Source of the DNA: a virus
Lineage: Duplodnaviria; Caudoviricetes
IMG/VR virus record: IMGVR_UViG_3300027804_000008
Location: 1 to 42,490 of that record
Reading direction: 5' to 3' (one strand)
DNA: 42,490 nt
Shown here in pieces: positions 9,498-18,979 of this stretch. A program made the translations under genes and the position numbers. Numbering within the stretch: position 1 is the first letter of the stretch; the number at the start of each line of letters is the position of its first letter. The notes beneath the pieces are model-generated. The model had not been told where the DNA came from, ran no database searches, and saw only the letters and a list, made by a program, of their open reading frames with translations.

Positions 9498-9731
9498 ATG
9501 AATTTTAAATATACAAGACACGTAGGAAAAATTAAATTCTACCAAGAACATAAAGGTTATGGTTTTATTACTTGTAATGAATCAGGTAAGGATTATTTCT
9601 TTAATAATCTTATTGCTGAAAAATACGGCATAACAGAAAGGTATAAAAATTATGAGGTTAAGTTTGAAGTTGCTCATGATATAGAGAAACGTAAAACTTT
9701 TGTACATAGTGTAAGTGATGTTGAGGATTAA
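9498..9731 (+). CDS. Cold-shock (CSD) domain protein
   Basis: GKIKFY...KGYGFI (RNP1)...KDYFF (RNP2)...V.FEV. Confidence 0.8.
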   Translation: MNFKYTRHVGKIKFYQEHKGYGFITCNESGKDYFFNNLIAEKYGITERYKNYEVKFEVAHDIEKRKTFVHSVSDVED

Positions 9732-9732
9732 A

Positions 9733-9804
9733 ATGGATGATTGCGTTTTTGCTATAATTATGATGTTTATTATGGTTATTATGGTTATTCTACTGATTAT
9801 ATAA
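9733..9804 (+). CDS. Tiny hydrophobic peptide (23 aa)
   Basis: GAGG RBS; MDDCVFAIIMMFIMVIMVILLII. Confidence 0.4.
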   Translation: MDDCVFAIIMMFIMVIMVILLII

Positions 9805-9807
9805 TTA

Positions 9808-9966
9808 ATGACTTATTATATCTGTCCACATTGTAAACACGAATATTCACCAAGATTTTTTGTATACTACAATTGTATAGCTTTTTGTACATGTTGTAAT
9901 AAATTTTTTCAAAGTTTAGATGCTAAAAGAAAACCAACTTTACCATTATCAACAGGAAGTAGTTAA
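9808..9966 (+). CDS. Small zinc-ribbon protein (52 aa), not in ORF track
   Basis: MTYYICPHCKHEY...FCTCCNKFF: two CxxC knuckles. Confidence 0.55.
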   Translation: MTYYICPHCKHEYSPRFFVYYNCIAFCTCCNKFFQSLDAKRKPTLPLSTGSS

Positions 9967-11401
9967 TAATATTCTTAAAACAAAAAGAATATTTGTTACT
10001 CAAGAAATGGGGCTTGGTAAAACAATTGCGTCAATAACAGCTTTTATTAGAATATTGAACAAAGAAGTTAAAAAATGCCTTATTATAGCTCCTTTAAATG
10101 TAGCTAAGTCCACTTGGGTAAATGAATTATCTAAGTGGGAGCATACAAAAGACTTAAAATACTCTCTTGCAATAGGTAGTGAAAAACAAAGGTTATCTGC
10201 TCTGCAAAAAGAAGCTGATGTTTATATCATCAATCAAGAGAACGTGCTATGGATGTTTCATAAAGGATTTAAAAAATATGGATTTATTATTGTAGATGAA
10301 AGCACTGGTTTTAAGTCTCATAGCTCCAATCGTTTTAAAGCATTAAGACATTTTACATCTCTCTATATGGTACTTCTTACTGGCACACCATATCCTAATG
10401 GGTTTATGGACTTATGGAGTCAGATATATTTACTTGATAAAGGACAGAGACTTGGAAAATACATAACTCACTATAGAAATCAGTATTTTACTTATGATGA
10501 ACATAAGCGTAAATATATCTGTCTATATCCAAATACAATACTAGATAAAATAAAAGACATTACTATCTCAATGAAAGCTGAAGACTATCTTGAATTACCG
10601 GATAAAATATCTAACGTGGTAAAAGTTGATATAGATAATTATGATTTATATAAAACATTTGAGAAAGAATATTACTTGCGAATTAACAATGATGAAATAA
10701 CAGCGGTTAATGCAGCAGTATTATCGTCTAAACTGCTTCAATACTGCAATGGAGCTGTTTATAGTGAAGAATTTTATGATAATCCAAGATGGGGTAAAAC
10801 TCTTGTTCATGATAGTAAAGTAGATTATTTGGATGATATGGCTGTTGTTAATCATTTTACAAAAAAATTAAATGTAGCTAGTTATGGTAAAAATAATATA
10901 GAGATTAAACGAATAACAGGTAATTTTAGTAATATTAATAATAGGTATAAAATAGTACATAACAACAAAATAGACTATTTAAAAGAGTTTATAGAGCTTT
11001 ATTCAGATGAGAATATATTAGTAGCTTATAACTTCAAAAGTGATGAGGAAAGAATAAGATTAGCTATTCCAACAAGTATTACATTAAACAGAAATAACAT
11101 CGTTGATGTGGAAAAACGATGGAATAAAGGTGAGATAAAATTACTACTTTGTCAAAGCGGTACTGCTAAAGGATTAAATTTGCAGTATGGTGGTAGGATT
11201 ATTGTGTGGTTCGGTATTACTTATAACTTGGAGCATTATTTACAATTCAACGCAAGGCTTCATAGACAAGGTCAAACTAAACCTGTTCTTATCTATCACA
11301 TAGTTGCAAATAAATGTAAGGATGAACAAGTTATGAAAATACTTGATAATAAAAACACAACTTCTGAGATGATATATGAGGTATTAAAAAATCGTAATTA
11401 A
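9920..11401 (+). CDS. SNF2-family (SF2) helicase
   Basis: EMGLGKT, VDES, LTGTP, GLNLQ, QFNARLHRQGQ. Confidence 0.92.
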   Translation: MLKENQLYHYQQEVVNNILKTKRIFVTQEMGLGKTIASITAFIRILNKEVKKCLIIAPLNVAKSTWVNELSKWEHTKDLKYSLAIGSEKQRLSALQKEADVYIINQENVLWMFHKGFKKYGFIIVDESTGFKSHSSNRFKALRHFTSLYMVLLTGTPYPNGFMDLWSQIYLLDKGQRLGKYITHYRNQYFTYDEHKRKYICLYPNTILDKIKDITISMKAEDYLELPDKISNVVKVDIDNYDLYKTFEKEYYLRINNDEITAVNAAVLSSKLLQYCNGAVYSEEFYDNPRWGKTLVHDSKVDYLDDMAVVNHFTKKLNVASYGKNNIEIKRITGNFSNINNRYKIVHNNKIDYLKEFIELYSDENILVAYNFKSDEERIRLAIPTSITLNRNNIVDVEKRWNKGEIKLLLCQSGTAKGLNLQYGGRIIVWFGITYNLEHYLQFNARLHRQGQTKPVLIYHIVANKCKDEQVMKILDNKNTTSEMIYEVLKNRN

Positions 11402-11536
11402 AGATATAACTTAACCCCACACTTACTGTATTTAATTGGTATACCTGCCGACTTTTATCAGATCAAATACTGGAGCGGATAAGTTATAAGAAAAATTATA
11501 TAATATTTATTTGTATAAGTAAAGTGTTAAATAATA

Positions 11537-11568
11537 AAAACCCCAATTAGTGGTTTAATTGGGGTTTT
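11537..11568. terminator. Bidirectional intrinsic terminator between convergent operons
   Basis: AAAACCCCAATTA-gtggtt-TAATTGGGGTTTT, a perfect 13-bp stem with A and T runs. Confidence 0.85.
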
Positions 11569-11640
11569 AGGTTTTTATCAACAATAAAAAAAGAGAGGTT
11601 AACTGATAACCTTTTATGTGCGATTAGGAATATATCACAT

Positions 11641-11907
11641 TTATTTGGAAAGTTCAATACGATAAATGTCATATTTTAGCTTAAATAAATATAATTCATT
11701 TAACCAGTTATTTAAATTATCACATTTATTGTAAGGCACGCAAAGTTTTTTAAACTCATTTGTAGCGTTTTCAGACATTAACGGCAAAGGTGGAAGATTA
11801 AGTGTCGTTATACTATTTCTTGTTTGTGTCTGACAACCTATCAATAGAATCGCCAATATCACTATGAGTAACACTTGTTGTAGCTTCCATAACTTTATTT
11901 TGGACAT
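11641..11907 (-). CDS. o-spanin (Rz1-like lipoprotein)
   Basis: Lipobox LLIGC, Pro-rich segment, extra Cys; overlaps the i-spanin gene in another frame. Confidence 0.75.
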   Translation of the reverse strand: MSKIKLWKLQQVLLIVILAILLIGCQTQTRNSITTLNLPPLPLMSENATNEFKKLCVPYNKCDNLNNWLNELYLFKLKYDIYRIELSK

Positions 11908-12049
11908 CTATTACCTTATCTTTAGTAGTTATGTTCTGTTCTAATACTTCTTTCTCTGCCTTTAGGGTTTTGTTACGATTAAAAAGGTAAAGTGCAAAGA
12001 ATCCTACAATACCAAGTAATATTTCTTTCAAGTAAGCAAATATAAGCAT
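11813..12049 (-). CDS. i-spanin (Rz-like)
   Basis: N-terminal TM followed by coiled coil; downstream of the endolysin. Confidence 0.7.
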   Translation of the reverse strand: MLIFAYLKEILLGIVGFFALYLFNRNKTLKAEKEVLEQNITTKDKVIDVQNKVMEATTSVTHSDIGDSIDRLSDTNKK

Positions 12050-12050
12050 A

Positions 12051-12245
12051 TTAAAATTGTTGTTGGTTAATTAGAACTTTTTTATTTTCATCTTTCTTCT
12101 GTTCTTGATTTTGATCTATAGTAGTTGGATTTTCAAATTTATTAAATATCTCAATAGTAGGTGAGAAGAAATCATCACAAGACATTGTTAAGTAACCTGT
12201 TAGAAGTAATAATAAAGCTCCTATAAGTTTTTTTAAGCTAACCAT
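12051..12245 (-). CDS. Putative lipoprotein in lysis cassette
   Basis: Basic N-terminus, hydrophobic core, LTMSC lipobox-like site. Confidence 0.55.
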   Translation of the reverse strand: MVSLKKLIGALLLLLTGYLTMSCDDFFSPTIEIFNKFENPTTIDQNQEQKKDENKKVLINQQQF

Positions 12246-12664
12246 AATTTTATCTCTTCTTCACGTCTAGCAAGCAATCCTTTTGATACTACTTTATTAA
12301 TATATTTCCAACGTCTAAACTGATCAGGTATTTTATCAAACAATCTTTTATTAATAAACTTAAGTAACGTTGATTGTTTAAAACTTTCAACACCTATATT
12401 GTATATAAGGCTTATTAAAGCGTCAAATTGATTTTGATTGATAATTACCTTAACAAGTATGTTTAATGACTTCTCACGTGGTTGTAAGTCTTTTTTAAGT
12501 AATGTTTCTGCTTCTTCTTTTGTAATAGTTGAGGGAAAATGTTCAAATGGTAGTATTACATGACCATAGCCGATAGTAGTTTTTCCAGCAGGACAGATGT
12601 ATTCCTTATCGCCAAAACCCTCAAATTTCTTGATTAAATCCAATCCTTTTTGGGAAGTTTTCAC
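12233..12664 (-). CDS. Endolysin, GH24 (T4/P21-like) lysozyme
   Basis: FEG......Y.CPAGKTTIGYGH, NQNQFDAL, GL..RREEE. Confidence 0.95.
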   Translation of the reverse strand: MKTSQKGLDLIKKFEGFGDKEYICPAGKTTIGYGHVILPFEHFPSTITKEEAETLLKKDLQPREKSLNILVKVIINQNQFDALISLIYNIGVESFKQSTLLKFINKRLFDKIPDQFRRWKYINKVVSKGLLARREEEIKLWLA

Positions 12665-12846
12665 GATTGTGGTGAGAAATCAAGTTTTAGTCCTGTGATT
12701 ATTTGTGTAATAAGTTCACCAAGTTGCTCAAGTGCATTATCATTGCCAAATATGTAATGGGAGAATAATACAAAACAAGTAATAAATCCTATCCAGAAGT
12801 TTTTGTTTGTAAGAGTTGTTTTTACAAACTCAAACATCAATATCAC
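12661..12846 (-). CDS. Holin-like membrane protein
   Basis: Small TM protein directly upstream of and overlapping the endolysin. Confidence 0.55.
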   Translation of the reverse strand: MILMFEFVKTTLTNKNFWIGFITCFVLFSHYIFGNDNALEQLGELITQIITGLKLDFSPQS

Positions 12847-13051
12847 CTAAATCAGTTCCGTCAGATATACCATGAACAGCTTGTAATAAGGTTACAAGTG
12901 ATAATGATAACTGTCCAAATACCTTTACAAAATGATCAAGGTCGTTTGCTGCTGTTAGCATCATCAGGAGTAGAACATTTACAAGTACAAGATTCACTTG
13001 GATTAGATTCCAAGATTTTATATGTTTTATTATCTTGTAAAAGATGTTCAT
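12830..13051 (-). CDS. Holin/antiholin-like two-TM protein
   Basis: Two hydrophobic helices; lysis cassette position. Confidence 0.5.
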   Translation of the reverse strand: MNIFYKIIKHIKSWNLIQVNLVLVNVLLLMMLTAANDLDHFVKVFGQLSLSLVTLLQAVHGISDGTDLGDIDV

Positions 13052-13132
13052 TTTTGAGTTTATAATAATAGTATTTATAACTTATATATTTGAATTTTTT
13101 ATAGTCTTCACTACCTATAGTAAAAATCAAAT

Positions 13133-13243
13133 TTATAAAAAAATTCTATATATTGATTTTACATCAATCTTTTTTGTAAATATGAAACTTATAGTAACAC
13201 AGTACAATAATAAAAAAGTAAAAAACAACAATAAATTAATCAT
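13133..13243 (-). CDS. Small TM peptide (36 aa, MINLLLFFTFLLLYCV...), not in ORF track
   Basis: ATG overlaps the TGA of the 1019-aa gene (ATGA); one TM and a basic tail. Confidence 0.45.
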   Translation of the reverse strand: MINLLLFFTFLLLYCVTISFIFTKKIDVKSIYRIFL

Positions 13244-16200
13244 CTTGCATACCAAGGAACGTCTTGTGGTTCAAGTAACCAATCTTTACTATCTATTGCT
13301 TTTTCTTTTAAAATAGTTTTACTACCACCAATATTTTTTTTGATAGCATCATAAGAATATACATTAGCTTGTTTTAATAAAAACTTCAAGATATTTGTTT
13401 CACTTCCTTTTTCAATTAGTCCAATTAACTTAGCAGTTGTTTCAGGTTTATCAAAACTGTTAGCAACACCCCTCATAATTGTATTGGAAATATAGTTCAC
13501 AGTACCAGCTCCAATGATTGTTCCTATTGGTCCAAACCCTGCTGCACTGCCTATTGCTCCAGCTACAGCAGCTTTAGTTGTAAACCTGCTTAATACTCCT
13601 TTGATATTTTTATCACTATTAATATTTATTTTTATTTTGTCAGTTATTTCACCAACTTTTTGTAAAACAACAGGTAATCTTTTTATAATAAATTCAGCTT
13701 GTTTTTCATCTCTAACTAAACTTCTAATTAGATTTTCATTGTTTAAAATATTGTTTTGTATTTTAAATGTATTGAAATCAAATTTACTATTGGTTTTTTC
13801 ATAATTTATAAAATCATCTAATATAAGTTTTTTAAGTTTTATTTGTCTTAGAGCATCAAAAAGCTCTTTAGCCTTACCATCTATTTTTGATATTATTTCC
13901 CTGTTTTCACCAATATCCAAGTTATATTTATGAGCTATACTAGATAAACCTTGATCATTACTTGCATTTTTAAATTCACGTGCTTTTTCTACATCTTTTT
14001 TACTAGGAAATTTAATAACATTATTTGTATTTGTACTTGTACTTGTATATACTTTTCCTATTTCATAACCATCTTTGTCAATATAACTACGCTCACCGGT
14101 TAAAGGTTTTTTATTAAGACCTCTTCTGTAAGCAAACAATATCTTTCTATAATAGTCATCTGCTAATTGTTTATTTTGTTTTAAAATATCTTCTTTAGTA
14201 TGGAAGTTTTTATATTGTTCAGTAGTATTACTTAAAGCTTTTCTTACCTGTTCAACACCTCTACTGGTGTTCATTATGTTAGATATATAGCCAGTAGGTT
14301 CACCTTGTAGCAGTGTTTTAATAATTTCATCTTGGGTAAAAGAGAAATAAACTTTAGAATCAAAATCTAAGGCTTTTCTATATGATGTTATAAATTCCTC
14401 CGGTAAATTACCAAAATCTGTATTTTTTTCTATTATTCTATCAATTAATGATACAGCTTTTCTTTGTAACTCTTCTACATTGCTATTTCCCCTATATGAA
14501 ATATCATTTAAGCTTTGTCTTTTATTTACAAGTTCTATAGGATTAATAGCATTTTTTACTATTCTTCCATTTACATTTCTACTTTCAGCAGAAGAAGCAG
14601 ATTGAAACAATCTATTAAAAGTATCTGAAACCTGTTCTATTGCTGAAATTTCAGCAGCATCATTTTTACTGGTAGGAGAGAATATTTTAAAATCGTCTGA
14701 TAGTTGTTTTAATTCAGTCAAAAATTCTTCTAAACTAATAATACTATTCTCATTACTATTTAGAATTTGTCTATATTGATCGTGATTTAAATTTCTTTCT
14801 TTTGTTAAAACACTATTAAATTGAGGTAAAAGTGTTTTAAAATCCTCAATCTTATTTGTATAAGTAAGTTCACCAGCATTTTTAGTAAAATCACCTAAGT
14901 TTCTTTTTACTAAATCAATTGTACTTTGTTCTGTATTTTTTAATATCTTTTCTTTTAATGTGTAATCTGGTAAATATAAACCTAATTCTATTGCTTTATT
15001 GTTATTTTTTTGTAGTGTATAAGCATTTACTAAGTCTTTATTTTTAGATAATTCCTGTATAATAGTTTTTTTATCCGCACCATTATTGATCATATTAGCA
15101 AGTTCTGGACTTACTGCTTCAAGAAATTCCATATCAACAGGATTTCCTTTTTTGTTTAACAACCAAGCAGCAAAACTTGTGTTAGTTTTATTCATTATTC
15201 CTGTGTCAGTTGAAGCATATTCAATAGCTTCTTTAGATGCTTGTTCAATTTCTCTTAATCTTTTCATGGTTAATTTACCCGCTTCAGTATTTGATTTGAA
15301 TACTAAACCATTTATCCAATTACCGGCAGTTTCTTGAACAGTATCTAAAGATTTGTATAACCCCTCTACAAAAGGTTCTTTAAGTTCAGCTACATTTTCC
15401 ATTACTTTATTATACATGGTTTTTGGTAATGCTGTTTTTAATATATATTTAGCCCCACCAGTAACAACACCATAACCACCTCTTACTGATACATCACCTG
15501 CAATATAACCACCAAGAGTTCTTGCAGTATCTTCTATTGGTGCTTGCTCCCTTGCTATTTCATCTTCCTCTCTAAAATTATTAGCAAGGTATCCTCCAAC
15601 TGCTGCTGCGGTAGTATTAACCGGGTTAACCTCAACACTTACCAAACCATTTAAAAAGTTTGTAACTTTATTATTTACCAAGAAATTTTTAGCACTAGGA
15701 TTGCTAACAAGTGCTGCAACACCTTTACCAGCTAATTTTAAAACACCTCCCCCAGCAGACATTTCAACTAATGATTCTACTGTATGACCGGCAGATATAT
15801 AGTTGTCTATTACGTATTGTTGATCAGTACCTTTGTATTTTTCTATAGCATCAGGTTTTAAATTATCTTCAACGTATTGCTCTGCTACTTTACCATTCCA
15901 TAATTCATTAGCATCATTATAGGCTTGATCTGCTTGATACCTAAAATCTTTTGAGGTTTCTTCCATACCTAGATTTTCAGTCAAATTAGCCATTCCACCA
16001 CTAATTCCACCATAAATAGCATTACCAGCGGCAGCAACACTGTCAACAGTTTTACCTAATCCTTTATTAAAACCATAAGCACCGCTAGTTACTTTTTCTT
16101 TAAAAGATGGTTCTTCTGCTTTTTGTATATTTTCGTCTTCATCTGGTAAATACCATAAGCGAGGGTCTGGTTTTTCAGATTCATCAAAAAACCCACTATC

Positions 16201-16299
16201 TTTATGCTCACCATGTTTTTTTAAAGCATCTGCCCAAAAAGCTTTATCTTCTTCACTTAAATTAGTTTGATCTGGTATTTGCAGTTTTACTAAAGCCAT
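13240..16299 (-). CDS. Large internal virion (DNA ejection) protein
   Basis: Last and largest of three helical ORFs after the tail genes; Gly/Ala-rich membrane-like segments; podovirus synteny. Confidence 0.65.
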   Translation of the reverse strand: MALVKLQIPDQTNLSEEDKAFWADALKKHGEHKDSGFFDESEKPDPRLWYLPDEDENIQKAEEPSFKEKVTSGAYGFNKGLGKTVDSVAAAGNAIYGGISGGMANLTENLGMEETSKDFRYQADQAYNDANELWNGKVAEQYVEDNLKPDAIEKYKGTDQQYVIDNYISAGHTVESLVEMSAGGGVLKLAGKGVAALVSNPSAKNFLVNNKVTNFLNGLVSVEVNPVNTTAAAVGGYLANNFREEDEIAREQAPIEDTARTLGGYIAGDVSVRGGYGVVTGGAKYILKTALPKTMYNKVMENVAELKEPFVEGLYKSLDTVQETAGNWINGLVFKSNTEAGKLTMKRLREIEQASKEAIEYASTDTGIMNKTNTSFAAWLLNKKGNPVDMEFLEAVSPELANMINNGADKKTIIQELSKNKDLVNAYTLQKNNNKAIELGLYLPDYTLKEKILKNTEQSTIDLVKRNLGDFTKNAGELTYTNKIEDFKTLLPQFNSVLTKERNLNHDQYRQILNSNENSIISLEEFLTELKQLSDDFKIFSPTSKNDAAEISAIEQVSDTFNRLFQSASSAESRNVNGRIVKNAINPIELVNKRQSLNDISYRGNSNVEELQRKAVSLIDRIIEKNTDFGNLPEEFITSYRKALDFDSKVYFSFTQDEIIKTLLQGEPTGYISNIMNTSRGVEQVRKALSNTTEQYKNFHTKEDILKQNKQLADDYYRKILFAYRRGLNKKPLTGERSYIDKDGYEIGKVYTSTSTNTNNVIKFPSKKDVEKAREFKNASNDQGLSSIAHKYNLDIGENREIISKIDGKAKELFDALRQIKLKKLILDDFINYEKTNSKFDFNTFKIQNNILNNENLIRSLVRDEKQAEFIIKRLPVVLQKVGEITDKIKININSDKNIKGVLSRFTTKAAVAGAIGSAAGFGPIGTIIGAGTVNYISNTIMRGVANSFDKPETTAKLIGLIEKGSETNILKFLLKQANVYSYDAIKKNIGGSKTILKEKAIDSKDWLLEPQDVPWYAR

Positions 16300-17630
16300 T
16301 ATTTACCTATAGCCCCTTTATTTTTATACATATTATATTCCTTACTGTTAGTATCAACAATTAAGTTTAAATTACTTTGTTCAATACCATATCTATCTTT
16401 AACAAACTTATTATAACCATCATTTATATCACCTAATTCATTTTCATCTAATATATTTACAGCATTATTTTTATTATAAGCATTTTTAGCAGCCCTCATT
16501 TTTATAATAGATTTTATTAATTTAGGTCTTTCTTCTTTTAAAAATTGTAATAAAGCTTTACGATCTCTTTCAATAGATGGGAATTTTGCAAGTACTCTAT
16601 CACCCTCATCTTTTCCTAACTGAGCGCCAAGAATAGGCTTTAACATTTTTTCAAAATCTATACTACTTAATTTAGCATAATCTAAATTTGGATCTAAACC
16701 AAAAGCCTCTCCTAAAGTTCTTCTTATTTTAGCAACATAATTTGAACCAACTAAATTTGGTGTTTCAATAGCAATTTTACCAAGTCTATCATAAGTTGTT
16801 AATACGTTCTCACTAGATTCTAATTTAGGATCAAGTTTTTCTTCTATATATTTTCTGTTAGATTTTATATTTGTTGTTAATATAGTTTTTTGTTCTTCTT
16901 TACTCATAGGATTTTGAGCTTCCATTGCAGCTTTTTTCGCTTGAGCTCCATACAATTCAGCATGAGCTTTATTAGTTTCAATACTAGCTCTACTTGCTTC
17001 GGCAGAAGCTCTTAGTTGATCTTGTTGTAGTTTTCTTGTCTCTACAATAGCATCCAATTCTTGAGCTTGATATGTAGTTGCAAACCCCTTATAACTACCT
17101 CTATTTTCAGGAGGTATAGTGTTCATAATAGGGTTAAATATATCTTTTATCGGTAATGTAATAATTTGTCCGTCTTCTTGTTTAAACGCACTATGTCCGT
17201 TTTTAGAAAACAGATATTGACCCAATTTTTTACCTGTTTTTTCCTCATAACCGCTAATTAATCTTGGGGCTAATATGTCTAGTTGATCATACTTACCTTG
17301 TTGAATTAAACTACTAGCCATCTGCAAATCTGCATCGTAATCAGCAACAAAACTTTTAAGTTTTTCATCCTTAAGTTGGTTTCTACCACTCTCCATTTCA
17401 AGAGCATATTTATTCATAGCAAGCTCTTTTGACATATTCTCAAGTTCAGCAAGCTTAGCTTCTCTCTCTGAATCATGAGAAAATCCAGCAGCAAAACCTC
17501 TAAGAATAGCACTAGTATCAGCTTGACCTTTATTCATAGGTCTTCCTATGCTATCAGCTTGTTTGTTTAAAGCATCACTGAAATTATCCTTATATGTTCT
17601 TCTATTTAAAATATCTTGGTAATCTTTCAT
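16299..17630 (-). CDS. Internal virion (ejection) protein
   Basis: Helical/coiled-coil composition; synteny. Confidence 0.6.
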   Translation of the reverse strand: MKDYQDILNRRTYKDNFSDALNKQADSIGRPMNKGQADTSAILRGFAAGFSHDSEREAKLAELENMSKELAMNKYALEMESGRNQLKDEKLKSFVADYDADLQMASSLIQQGKYDQLDILAPRLISGYEEKTGKKLGQYLFSKNGHSAFKQEDGQIITLPIKDIFNPIMNTIPPENRGSYKGFATTYQAQELDAIVETRKLQQDQLRASAEASRASIETNKAHAELYGAQAKKAAMEAQNPMSKEEQKTILTTNIKSNRKYIEEKLDPKLESSENVLTTYDRLGKIAIETPNLVGSNYVAKIRRTLGEAFGLDPNLDYAKLSSIDFEKMLKPILGAQLGKDEGDRVLAKFPSIERDRKALLQFLKEERPKLIKSIIKMRAAKNAYNKNNAVNILDENELGDINDGYNKFVKDRYGIEQSNLNLIVDTNSKEYNMYKNKGAIGK

Positions 17631-18979
17631 TATTTCTTTATTACCGGTTTAATTATTTTATCAGCTAAATTACCACCTAGTCCTCCTGCTAAAGTACCAA
17701 GTCCAGTTTTTACAATAGTACCAAAAGGATCATTATTAGCATTAGCTGCCTGTTCGTTTCTAAATCTTTCCTGTTCTAATCCGGATGCTTGCAGCTCATT
17801 AGATTGTTTTTTATACATAGCATCATTGGTAACACCTATTGCATTAATAGCGTTAGTATTGTTATTAGCTATAAAATTTAGTCCAATTTTACTTGGGTCT
17901 CTGCTATTAAGCAGATTTAACGTAAGCTCACGTCTAGCTAGTTCTGACTGTCTTTCCGCTTTACCTTTATCAAGTTTTAATCCCTCTGTTGCTAAATCCT
18001 GTTGTCTTTCTGCTACTTGTGCATTTAATATAGCATTTGCTCTCTGTTGCTCTAACTCCTCAACACCTAAATCCTGTTGTCTGATTTTAAGCTGGTTATC
18101 ACTATCTTGTGCAAACTGCTTATACCTTAAATCCCCCTCTTGTGCTAAAGTACTACCTGATTTAATTAGATTATCAATAGACTGTTGTTTTAGATTATTT
18201 GCAAAAGCATATTCTTTAAGGTTATTTTCTATTTCAGTATCTACCTTTTGTTTTTGCAAACTAATCATAGTTCCAAGAGCAGTGGTTGAATTATTTAAAC
18301 CCATTTCTCTTAGTTTAACATCTAATCCATTGTATCTAATATCAAAACCTCTATCCATAGCAAGTTTATTTGCATCTTTAAAAGCCCTTATCATTGGACC
18401 ATATCTTTTAATTGTCATAGGATTTGATACTTCAAGTCCTGTTATAGTATCCTGCAAATCCCTAAGTCTATTACTTACATCACTAACAGCAGCAGCATAA
18501 CGCATATCAAAAGGTAATAATTCTCTAATTTCTGGTAAATTCAAATCAATATTAGGCAAATTAGCTATTTCAGGCAACAATGTTTCAAAAGGAGCATCTA
18601 AAGGTACTCTACCGGATAGATCATTAATCCGGATTTCAGTATCACCGGCAGAACTTTCCAAATTTGATGCTTCATTTTCCAAATTAGATATTTCAGATTG
18701 CAGTCTTCCTATAATATCTGTATTTGATCCCACATTGCCAAAATTAGTATTAGAACTAGTTCTATTATACTCATCCTTTTTTTGTTGTATGAGATTCTTA
18801 AGTTGCAGATAACGTTCACCTTTAGGAGATTTTTTAAATACAAATTCCTGCCCGCTTACTGCATCAAACATCCTCATATAATTAATAGGAGGGTTATTTT
18901 TAGTAGCATCAATAGGTGTATAAGGTGTAAAATTTATCGGTGGAGCTTCATCGTCATCACCGCCAAAGAATCCTCCCAT
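17630..18979 (-). CDS. Internal virion (ejection/pilot) protein, likely start MGGFFGG at 18979
   Basis: TAATG overlap with the upstream gene; Q/A-rich coiled coil; C-terminal GLGTLAGGLGG. Confidence 0.6.
   Translation of the reverse strand: MGGFFGGDDDEAPPINFTPYTPIDATKNNPPINYMRMFDAVSGQEFVFKKSPKGERYLQLKNLIQQKKDEYNRTSSNTNFGNVGSNTDIIGRLQSEISNLENEASNLESSAGDTEIRINDLSGRVPLDAPFETLLPEIANLPNIDLNLPEIRELLPFDMRYAAAVSDVSNRLRDLQDTITGLEVSNPMTIKRYGPMIRAFKDANKLAMDRGFDIRYNGLDVKLREMGLNNSTTALGTMISLQKQKVDTEIENNLKEYAFANNLKQQSIDNLIKSGSTLAQEGDLRYKQFAQDSDNQLKIRQQDLGVEELEQQRANAILNAQVAERQQDLATEGLKLDKGKAERQSELARRELTLNLLNSRDPSKIGLNFIANNNTNAINAIGVTNDAMYKKQSNELQASGLEQERFRNEQAANANNDPFGTIVKTGLGTLAGGLGGNLADKIIKPVIKK

Noticed and set aside
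10765-10963. Mini-intein in the helicase (ends ...IVHN)
   Set aside because: Far too short, the next residue is Asn rather than Cys/Ser/Thr, and VH belongs to the native helicase motif
13044-13316. 90-aa + strand hydrophobic ORF
   Set aside because: Antisense to the late operon; a coupled minus-strand ORF explains the region better
17616-18500. 294-aa + strand ORF
   Set aside because: Antisense shadow of a coiled-coil ejection gene; Ser/Leu/Cys-rich with no recognisable motif
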